From: Chlamydiales bacterium
GTDB taxonomy: Bacteria; Chlamydiota; Chlamydiia; Chlamydiales; CALTSX01
DNA: 64,000 nt
Assembly: GCA_051647685.1 (NCBI GenBank)
Contig: JBOFEG010000028.1
Span: forward strand, 1,449 to 65,448
Direction: 5' to 3'
A program made the translations under genes and the position numbers. Under the pieces are notes generated by a model. The model had not been told where the DNA came from and made no database searches. It saw only the letters and a program-made list of their open reading frames with translations. Numbering within the stretch: position 1 is the stretch's first letter; each line of letters begins with the position of its first letter. Positions 36,942 through 44,168 of this stretch are shown in pieces.

Positions 36942-38753
36942 TTATTTTGAAACTACATGTAGAGGTTGGATGCGACTCGCGATAATGAATGCTGAATTCT
37001 TATCTAAATGCTGTTGCAATGCTTCTCGCGAAATTTTTGTCACACTCGTGTCGTTACATAAATACCAGGTGTTATTTCGCTTTACAGCTGCATAGTAATG
37101 GCCTAGAGTCTCGTCAAAAGGTTTGTTACCTATTTTATATCCAGAATGGAGTATCAAACCATTTAGCATATAGTCAGTACCGGCAAATAAAGTTTCGAGA
37201 GATATTCTTTGTGATTCAGCTTTGTCTATGAGGACATGTTTATAAGTATAGGTAAAGAGATCAGCAACTGATATGGGTACTCGGCCAATATCAATCGATA
37301 ATTTTTCTAATAAAAGATACAAGAATTGCTTACTGTCTTCTTGTGTGTCCCCCCAAACAGCAAATTCTTTACTTAACTTATTATGAATCTCTGCGCGGAT
37401 ATCTTGCATTTGATTGGTTAAATTTAGTGGGGCAAATCTTTTTTTCTTTCGATATGATTGAACTTCTTTAAGCAATTTGGGATTATTCTTAAGATTTTCT
37501 TTTATTTCTTCCGTGATTTCATGGCTTAATCCATGTTGTGCCGGATTTGCAAATTGCCTAATATCGGATTGTTCCAAAAAACTATTCTGATATAACTGAA
37601 AAGATTCAGCTATCTTAGGGAAATGTTTAGAGAACATTTCAGCATTTATATCATACCGTATGGGTGTATTACTCATAATTTGTAGGGCGGCGTTATACCA
37701 ACAATTTTGATTAGTATTTGCAATACCTATAGGTATCTCTGGTGATCTAACCTCTTGCGTTGTATAAGCTTCTTCAGGAAAAGGTTCAGAAGATAGTTCC
37801 ACATTTTCAAATTCATCTGTTAACTGATCATCTATAATGGTAGAATCACTGCTAGAGGAATCTACTGTAGTTTTAGAATCGCTGACAGATAGAGATTCTC
37901 TATTAGAAGACTCTAAAGGAAAAAACATAGATCGGTTCTGACAATCCAAAGCCTCTAATTGAAGGTCTCTCTGAGTTTTTAACTCGCAAGTTAGTTCTTC
38001 TTCATTTACTTCTTTTTCTTCTGTCTGGCTCTTTAGCTGTTCAATAAGGTGTAACTTTCTCTCTAGTTTTACTTTGATATAATCTCCATCTTGTAGAATC
38101 GATTTAATTTGATTCTTAGCTGCTTCGGTGAGATGTTTGTTTCTCGATAAGATAAGTTCGTGAATAAGAATATTTCTAGAGACATTGCCGTTTAGTTCTT
38201 GCAGTGCCTTTACAAAAGAATCTAGCTCTGGCTGCTGCAAAGTGAGATCCCTGTATAGCTTAGCATATTGATTGATGTTCTTTTCACTTTTATTATCCAA
38301 TTCATCTAGAGCTAAGACAGCTCTATTTGCCAGCTGGATTCCAAATTCATTGATTAAAGAAGGGAGTAATGTGTAACCAACATGGTCAGAAAGAGATTTT
38401 TTATCTCTTTCCTGTAGTATGGAGAGACCAATAATGTGCGTATTTAAAATAGAGCGGACTTGTTTTGTCTTTTCAAAAATGTTTTTCTCACCCTTCAACG
38501 CTTTGATTATATTGTCAGCATAACTTAGACGAGCTTCGTTATACGACTCGCTATTACTAACGCTATGACGAAAAGTATCAAGGAGCTGATACAATTTTTT
38601 TCCAGAGTAGGGCTGAACCAGAGGGAAGGAAAAAGCGTTACTCAGTAATTCGATAGTCTCAAAGGCGAGTCTATAAATTCGAAACCACGCATGAGCTAGC
38701 CATGAGTCATTGAAAGTCAGTGATGTAGAGGAAACTGGTATAGCGTTAGTCAT
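36942..38753 (-). CDS. eukaryote-like ubiquitin-specific protease (USP/UCH, C19) domain protein
   Basis: Cys box IGIANTNQNCWYNAALQIM (compare G.xN.GNTCYmNs.LQ) and His box GHYYAAVKRNNTWYLCNDTSVTKIS (compare GHY.a.vk....WY.fdD..V). The N-terminal 330 aa or so are coiled coil or unknown. Confidence 0.8.
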   Translation of the reverse strand: MTNAIPVSSTSLTFNDSWLAHAWFRIYRLAFETIELLSNAFSFPLVQPYSGKKLYQLLDTFRHSVSNSESYNEARLSYADNIIKALKGEKNIFEKTKQVRSILNTHIIGLSILQERDKKSLSDHVGYTLLPSLINEFGIQLANRAVLALDELDNKSEKNINQYAKLYRDLTLQQPELDSFVKALQELNGNVSRNILIHELILSRNKHLTEAAKNQIKSILQDGDYIKVKLERKLHLIEQLKSQTEEKEVNEEELTCELKTQRDLQLEALDCQNRSMFFPLESSNRESLSVSDSKTTVDSSSSDSTIIDDQLTDEFENVELSSEPFPEEAYTTQEVRSPEIPIGIANTNQNCWYNAALQIMSNTPIRYDINAEMFSKHFPKIAESFQLYQNSFLEQSDIRQFANPAQHGLSHEITEEIKENLKNNPKLLKEVQSYRKKKRFAPLNLTNQMQDIRAEIHNKLSKEFAVWGDTQEDSKQFLYLLLEKLSIDIGRVPISVADLFTYTYKHVLIDKAESQRISLETLFAGTDYMLNGLILHSGYKIGNKPFDETLGHYYAAVKRNNTWYLCNDTSVTKISREALQQHLDKNSAFIIASRIQPLHVVSK

Positions 38754-38887
38754 AACAAACTCATTTTATTGAATATATTATAACATATTTGATATTAGTT
38801 TTTTATAAAAAACTAGTATTAAAATGATTCTTTTATTAACTTTTTATTACAAAGAGGTTTTGAATTAAATGACATTATTTAGGTTTT

Positions 38888-39020
38888 AATGACTTAAATG
38901 CTATCCCATGGAGGATATAAGAGTTTCAAACCTCTTATAGACTAGGTTAACTTAAGTCATTTATTTTCAATCACTTCTATCCTTTCAGGCCACACTCGTA
39001 CGACCTGAAAGGTCTTTTTT
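38888..39020 (+). ncRNA. candidate small structured RNA ending at an intrinsic terminator
   Basis: Nested helices. AATGACTTAA (38888-38897) pairs with TTAAGTCATT (38952-38961). TATAAGAG (38916-38923) pairs with CTCTTATA (38932-38939). The terminator hairpin at 38981-39020 follows. The region has no ORF longer than 15 codons. The 5' end is unknown. Confidence 0.3.
38981..39020 (+). terminator. Rho-independent terminator, plus-strand orientation
   Basis: CCTTTCAGG (38981-38989), a 14-nt loop, CCTGAAAGG (39004-39012), then TCTTTTTTT. There is no T-run on the opposite strand. Confidence 0.6.
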
Positions 39021-39061
39021 TGTTTATATCTCATTGATAATGAGAGAGATAAAAAAAGAAA

Positions 39062-40540
39062 TTAATTTTTTTTGAATCCCTTTTTTTTCCATGAAGGTTT
39101 TTTAAACCGATGAATAGCAATCGGAAATAGCATCATAACAAAGAGAACGATCAGGATGAATATAGAGAAAAATTTAGTGTTTCCAATATTAATATCAGGG
39201 GGTGGAAAAAATCCGAGCAATAAGGCAGAAGAAGAGCTTATGATTCCAAGCCCAGCAATAATCCACATGCCTACTTTTCCTCCTGGGACTCGGTAGGAGC
39301 GTTTGACTTCTGGAGCTGAGTATCGAAGATGAATAGCAGCTGCAAACATCGTTATATACATGACTAAATAAGTTTGAGAAGCAACTACAGTCAAAATCCA
39401 ATAGGTTCCACTAATTGATGGTATATATAAAAATAAGAAAGCGAACATAGTCACAATGATTCCTTGAAAAATTAGCAAATTCACTGGCATGCCGCGGCTA
39501 TTTTGTTTTTGGAGATAAGGAGGCAAATCGCCATATTTAGAAGTTACATAAAGGGCTTTGATTGGACCGATAATCCAACTGTTAACTTCAGCAAGTGCGC
39601 CTATAACTAGCAAAATTCCGAGTATGGGAAGCAGCCATCCAATGTTGAGAGATTGTAGCAAAATACGCAGGGCGTTCATCACTCCACTGACTAAACTAAT
39701 CTCCGCTTTAGGGATGACGAGAGCAATGGTAACGGCTCCAAACATAACCAGGAGAAGAGTAATTACCGCTGCGAGTAAAATAGCTATCGGAAAATTTCTC
39801 TTTGGATTCCTAACTTCGCTGGCATATCCCGCCGATACTTCTAGTCCTCCAAATGCGAGAAAGAGACCGGAGAGGAATATGAAATCAGACATATTATGAA
39901 AGTTCGGAAGGAGAGCTGCCCCGGAAAGAATAAGATCGGTTGGTTTATTGGTAAAAAACCAATAAAACCCACATAGAATGATACAAATCCCAGGTACAAT
40001 GGTTCCTGCTATAACACCAACAGTACTGATAAGGGCAGAGGTTTTAATTCCGAAATAATTTAGAAGAGTCATTCCCCAAAAACCAAATAAAATAATAAAT
40101 AAGACATATATTTTATGGTCTGCGAGAGTTGGCAAAAAAACATAGGCGATAGTGGCTGCAATAAAAGATAGCATAGCTGGATACCAGGTCATATTATGAA
40201 CCCATTGCATCCAAACGGCGAAAAATCCTACGCGATCTCCAAAAGCCTTTTTCACCCAAATATAAATACCACCCGATTGGGGCCATCCAGTTGCCAATTC
40301 CGCAGATACGAGAGCGCAAGGAATCAGAAATAGGATACTGACCAAAATATAGAATGAGACCACACTGTATCCAAATTCAGCCACAAGGGGCAAGTTTCTC
40401 AGGCTTGCCATCATAGAGACATTAATCATAGCGAGCATGAAAACACTAATAATTCTCTTCTTACCCGATGAATTTGGAACCATAGAAAAGCCGTCACAAG
40501 AGTTTTTTCCCCAACATAACAAAAAGGAGTTAGAAGTCAA
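39062..40540 (-). CDS. APC-superfamily amino acid permease/antiporter
   Basis: 492 aa with about 12 TM helices and a GadC/YjeM-like N-terminal region (SVFMLAMINVSMMASLRNLP). Confidence 0.85.
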   Translation of the reverse strand: MTSNSFLLCWGKNSCDGFSMVPNSSGKKRIISVFMLAMINVSMMASLRNLPLVAEFGYSVVSFYILVSILFLIPCALVSAELATGWPQSGGIYIWVKKAFGDRVGFFAVWMQWVHNMTWYPAMLSFIAATIAYVFLPTLADHKIYVLFIILFGFWGMTLLNYFGIKTSALISTVGVIAGTIVPGICIILCGFYWFFTNKPTDLILSGAALLPNFHNMSDFIFLSGLFLAFGGLEVSAGYASEVRNPKRNFPIAILLAAVITLLLVMFGAVTIALVIPKAEISLVSGVMNALRILLQSLNIGWLLPILGILLVIGALAEVNSWIIGPIKALYVTSKYGDLPPYLQKQNSRGMPVNLLIFQGIIVTMFAFLFLYIPSISGTYWILTVVASQTYLVMYITMFAAAIHLRYSAPEVKRSYRVPGGKVGMWIIAGLGIISSSSALLLGFFPPPDINIGNTKFFSIFILIVLFVMMLFPIAIHRFKKPSWKKKGFKKN

Positions 40541-40667
40541 TTATTCTACTCTTTTACTTATCTCAAAAAGCGGCAAGTTTGATATTCTTCAAAAGTAGGA
40601 GAGCTTCCCAAAAGGAAGTCTTCCTTATTTAACGTAAGAGGTTTAACTTAAAAGATGAGGAAAATCT

Positions 40668-40835
40668 ATGCACAAGCCTATGAGAGGAAAAAAAGGGCAT
40701 CAACGCTCTGTACAAAAAAATCCCATGAAAAAGGGAGATCCACAAAAATCAACGGACTGGCAATCACAGTCTAAAAAGAAAAGAGGACCTAACGAACCTT
40801 GGCCGAACGATCCCTTTGATAAAAAGGACTTTTAG
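40668..40835 (+). CDS. small basic protein (55 aa), below the track cutoff
   Basis: ATG 40668 is preceded by GAGGA 7 nt upstream. The product reads MHKPMRGKKGHQRSVQKNPMKKGDPQKSTDWQSQSKKKRGPNEPWPNDPFDKKDF. Confidence 0.3.
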   Translation: MHKPMRGKKGHQRSVQKNPMKKGDPQKSTDWQSQSKKKRGPNEPWPNDPFDKKDF

Positions 40836-40850
40836 ATTGTAATGTTGACT

Positions 40851-41189
40851 TCAATTTCGGGAGAGCCATTCTATGATCGCTTGAGATTCATATAAAGGCT
40901 TTCCATCTATCAGTAGGCAAGGCACTTGCCTTTTCCCTCCTATCCGGATCAAATCTTGGATAGCGCGTTGGTCAGATTGAATATTTTTTAATTGAATTCC
41001 CTTAGCAGTAGTATTGATAGCTTTCAGCACTTTTGTGCAGTAGGGGCAAGAGGGTTTATAGAAAAGGATTAAATTATGAGATGATTTCATGGCTTCCTGC
41101 GTGTGTGTAGAGGGTGCATTGGACGCATAACTAGGTGACATAGAATAAGATAAAGGAAGAAAAGCCATTAGGACAGCTAAATAACGCAT
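40851..41189 (-). CDS. glutaredoxin-like protein with a signal peptide
   Basis: MRYLAVLMAFLPLSYSMSPSYA signal-like N-terminus, the CPYC active site and GGKRQVPCLLIDGKPL (the glutaredoxin pattern is TVP.vFI.G..iGG). Confidence 0.75.
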   Translation of the reverse strand: MRYLAVLMAFLPLSYSMSPSYASNAPSTHTQEAMKSSHNLILFYKPSCPYCTKVLKAINTTAKGIQLKNIQSDQRAIQDLIRIGGKRQVPCLLIDGKPLYESQAIIEWLSRN

Positions 41190-41555
41190 GTAAAATCTCC
41201 TTAATAATTCTTATAACCTGTGAATCATTATACCAAGTTCTCCAAAAGAAACAATAGAAAATTTTTCATAACAAAATATTTTTTGATAAGTTTCAATATT
41301 GATGAACTCATCATATCGCATTATTTTTTCTAATTATCTTGTTATAAAAGTTAATTTATACGTTTTTATAAAATGGATTTTTAATACAATTAAAATTGTT
41401 TTTCTCTATTAAAACATAATTAATTTTTAATAAAACTTAAATTTTTTTTTATTTTTTTGTTGAAATTTATTATATTAAAAATTGAATAGATAATTAAGTA
41501 ATTTAGGCTGATTAGTAAAAATTAATAATACAATCTCAAAACAGGGAGATATAAT

Positions 41556-42047
41556 ATGGGATCATTATGTTGTATGTGCTCTTCGCCTCACAAACGTAGA
41601 CGAAGACGAAAAGCTGCAAAAACAGTTTCTAGACATAGACATCACAGACGAAGAAGAAGAGCTAGAAAAGCTGTTACTGCACCTAGAAGACGAAGAAGAA
41701 CTTCTGCGACTACCACTACAAGAAGACGCAAAAGAAGAACATCAACTTCTAGCTCTACAGGAACAAAAAGACGCAAAAGAAGAACATCAACTTCTAGCTC
41801 TACAGGAACAAAAAGACGTAGAAGAAGAATATCAACTTCTAGCTCTACAGGAACAAGAAAACGCAGAAGAAAAAGTACAGGAACTCGCACCACAGCAAGA
41901 CGCACTAAACGAAGAAGAACATCAACTTCTAGCTCTACAGGAACAAGAAGACGTAGAAGAAGAACATCAAGTTCTACTGTAACAAGAAGAAAAAGACATT
42001 ACAAACCGAAGAAAGAGTCAATCATCTCTATGTTGCCTACACTGTAG
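41556..42047 (+). CDS. extreme Arg/Ser/Thr-rich tandem-repeat protein (163 aa)
   Basis: GGAG lies 8-9 nt upstream of the ATG. A strong terminator follows 20 nt after the stop. The N-terminus is MGSLCCMCS. The body consists of 15-aa units, KRRTSTSSSTGTKRR. Confidence 0.6.
   Translation: MGSLCCMCSSPHKRRRRRKAAKTVSRHRHHRRRRRARKAVTAPRRRRRTSATTTTRRRKRRTSTSSSTGTKRRKRRTSTSSSTGTKRRRRRISTSSSTGTRKRRRKSTGTRTTARRTKRRRTSTSSSTGTRRRRRRTSSSTVTRRKRHYKPKKESIISMLPTL
41721..41990 (+). repeat. 45-nt coding tandem repeat array
   Basis: The unit core ACATCAACTTCTAGCTCTACAGGAACA recurs at 41739, 41784, 41829 (one mismatch) and 41919. The spacing is 45, 45 and 90 nt, with a diverged unit in the 90-nt gap. Confidence 0.9.
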
Positions 42048-42064
42048 GATTCAATAGCGAATCG

Positions 42065-42697
42065 TTAGGAAATCGGATTTATACAATCCGATTTCCTTTT
42101 TTTTTTATCCCTATACTTTCTATATAACTCTTGCAATATATAACAAATCATTCCACTTGCCAGTATATCGCTCGTATAGTGATAGTTTAGTAAAATACGA
42201 CTACTGCTAAGGAATATAGGCAGTATGACCCAAGCTATTTGGAACTTTAGAAAATTGCGAAAGAGTGGAGTGAACAAACAAGTGGCTACAGCTGCATGTC
42301 CAGAAGGAAAAGAGTGGTAGTGATGATTTTTCATTACAAAGTAAAATCCATAGATACTATCCGTTAAGAGTTCTGGCCTCGCTCTTCCAAGCAGTATTTT
42401 CATACAATAGACAAGAGGCAGAGAAATAAGTAAGGAATAAACAATTTCGCGAGAGATGGAGAGAAGTTTATGACTTTTACGACTATATTTTGCAGTCAGA
42501 TAGACAATTGACCAAAATGCGATATGAAATGGTGGAGACAGGATCCGCGATACCCACTTTAAATAATTGCGTAAGGGATAAGACACTCCCATACAGAGTT
42601 TCGATATATAGGGGTCTATATAAAAAAAGCAAAGCAGACCGAGTCCGATCCCTAACGCAAGAAGATAGATCGATGTATTTTGGTATTTCTCTATCAT
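42065..42697 (-). CDS. PAP2-family lipid phosphatase
   Basis: The three PAP2 motifs are present: KILLGRARP, PSGHAA and SRILLNYHYTSD. Confidence 0.8.
   Translation of the reverse strand: MIEKYQNTSIYLLALGIGLGLLCFFYIDPYISKLCMGVSYPLRNYLKWVSRILSPPFHIAFWSIVYLTAKYSRKSHKLLSISREIVYSLLISLPLVYCMKILLGRARPELLTDSIYGFYFVMKNHHYHSFPSGHAAVATCLFTPLFRNFLKFQIAWVILPIFLSSSRILLNYHYTSDILASGMICYILQELYRKYRDKKKRKSDCINPIS
42068..42106 (+). terminator. strong Rho-independent terminator of the Arg-rich gene
   Basis: GGAAATCGGATT (42068-42079), loop TATAC, AATCCGATTTCC (42085-42096), then T10 (42097-42106). It overlaps the last codons of the convergent PAP2 gene. Confidence 0.8.
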
Positions 42698-43617
42698 AAT
42701 TGGTCAGTTGTCTTAAAATGGAGTTTAGCGATAGATCCCAGAGCTTCCCTGTTATGTAGCTGCAGGAATTGTTTGCCCGCAGCAATGACCGCTGCAGAAG
42801 CACCTTTAGGCAGATTTATATGATATTGCTGACTTAACTTTTCAATCCCTACTAGAAAAGCATTGCGCGCTAAAATAGAAGCTGCAGCGACTACAGGATC
42901 GCTCTCGCCCTTATGTCTTTGTACCAGTTGTACCGGTATTTTTTTACTAGCTACGGCATTCTCTACAATCGACACGTGAGCGAATTGATCGATGAAGGCG
43001 AGATCGCATCCGCTCAAGTTATATACATTTTCAATGGCTGTGGCATGCGCCCATCCCAGTAGAGAGTTTAGATTGCCAAATTTTTGATATAGGCGATTAT
43101 AGGTTGAGGGGGGGAGAGATACTATAGAGTGTTTGAACTCTTTTTGGAGCACAGTTGCCATTCGTCGGATAGCGGGATCGCTGAATTGTTTACTATCTCG
43201 AACTCCTTGCTTCAATAATTTACCGATATCTTCTGTACTGCAATAAATGGCAGCAGTACATAGAGGACCAAAAAAATCTCCCTTTCCCGCTTCATCGACC
43301 CCAATATGCGGCTTCATTTCTATATATTGCTCCGGATGAGAATAGGTAAGATTATGTAAGATTTCTGGTTCGATATAGTAGAGAATAAAATCATCAATAG
43401 CCTTTCCTTGAATCAGAAGTTTTCCGGATTCATACAGTGTACAGGAAACACCGGGTTTTTTAGCGGAAAAAATAGAGTGATCTGGACGCGTAAGAGTAAA
43501 ACCTTGTCCAATGAGATCCGCTCGGAGTTTATCTGCCAATTGCAAGTTAATCTGTGCGACAAAAGATTTAGAAGTCATACTAACGAGTGTAATAGAATCT
43601 ACCCTTTTCTTGAACAA
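42694..43617 (-). CDS. rnhC: ribonuclease HIII
   Basis: 307 aa. An N-terminal HIII-specific domain is followed by GVDEAGKGDFFGPL. It sits next to rodZ, as in Chlamydia. Confidence 0.85.
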   Translation of the reverse strand: MFKKRVDSITLVSMTSKSFVAQINLQLADKLRADLIGQGFTLTRPDHSIFSAKKPGVSCTLYESGKLLIQGKAIDDFILYYIEPEILHNLTYSHPEQYIEMKPHIGVDEAGKGDFFGPLCTAAIYCSTEDIGKLLKQGVRDSKQFSDPAIRRMATVLQKEFKHSIVSLPPSTYNRLYQKFGNLNSLLGWAHATAIENVYNLSGCDLAFIDQFAHVSIVENAVASKKIPVQLVQRHKGESDPVVAAASILARNAFLVGIEKLSQQYHINLPKGASAAVIAAGKQFLQLHNREALGSIAKLHFKTTDQL

Positions 43618-43693
43618 TTTCCGTCGATAATATACGCTCGAAGTAGCTGATCCTTGTTTTCAAGGATCAGCTACTTGGGATATAGAGGAATTT

Positions 43694-44104
43694 ATGGAAG
43701 AAGAAGTAAAAAAAGTCGGTCAATTGTTTAAAGGGACAAGGGAGGAAAAAAATTTAAGCTTAAAAGAGGTAGAAAATACCACTTCAATTCGAGTGAATTA
43801 TTTAGAGGCTATCGAAGAGGGAAGAGTAGAGAAGTTTTTATCTTCTGTATATGCGCTAGGTTTCATTCGGCAGTATGCTTTATTCTTGGGGATTGATATC
43901 GATACAGTGATACGCGATTATCCCCTAGCTTTTCAGATGCCAGTAGAGAGACATGATTTTGCCTATGGAATAGGAACACTTGAGGTGCGCGGTAGTTTAG
44001 GAGGAGGAGTTAAATGGTTGCCTAATTTATTATGGGCCATTCTATTTGCTGTAATCGTAGCGTGCGCTTGGTATTTAATGAAGTATTTGGAAATTATTAA
44101 ATAA
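43694..44104 (+). CDS. rodZ: RodZ-like HTH membrane protein
   Basis: An HTH region (VGQLFKGTREEKNLSLKEVENTTSIRVNYLEAIEEG) plus a C-terminal TM helix. Conserved rnhC neighbour. Confidence 0.65.
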   Translation: MEEEVKKVGQLFKGTREEKNLSLKEVENTTSIRVNYLEAIEEGRVEKFLSSVYALGFIRQYALFLGIDIDTVIRDYPLAFQMPVERHDFAYGIGTLEVRGSLGGGVKWLPNLLWAILFAVIVACAWYLMKYLEIIK

Positions 44105-44168
44105 CTTTTTCCTCGTATATTACCGAGGGAATCAAAGATTAACAATCTACTTGGGGATGTAGGGTGCT

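Noticed and set aside
39029-39047. Short inverted repeat TCTCATT-GAT-AATGAGA just downstream of the permease stop.
   Set aside because: It has a 7-bp AT-rich stem and no following T-run on either strand. This is too weak to call a terminator.
41642-41905. Minus-strand Leu/Val-rich repeat ORF opposite the Arg-rich gene.
   Set aside because: The ribosome-binding site and the strong terminator are both plus-strand oriented. The minus-strand ORF is the complement of AGA/CGN-rich repeats.
41721-41990. 45-nt direct repeats that could be mistaken for a CRISPR array.
   Set aside because: The units are contiguous with no unique spacers and lie in frame within an ORF. No cas genes are present. This is a coding tandem repeat.
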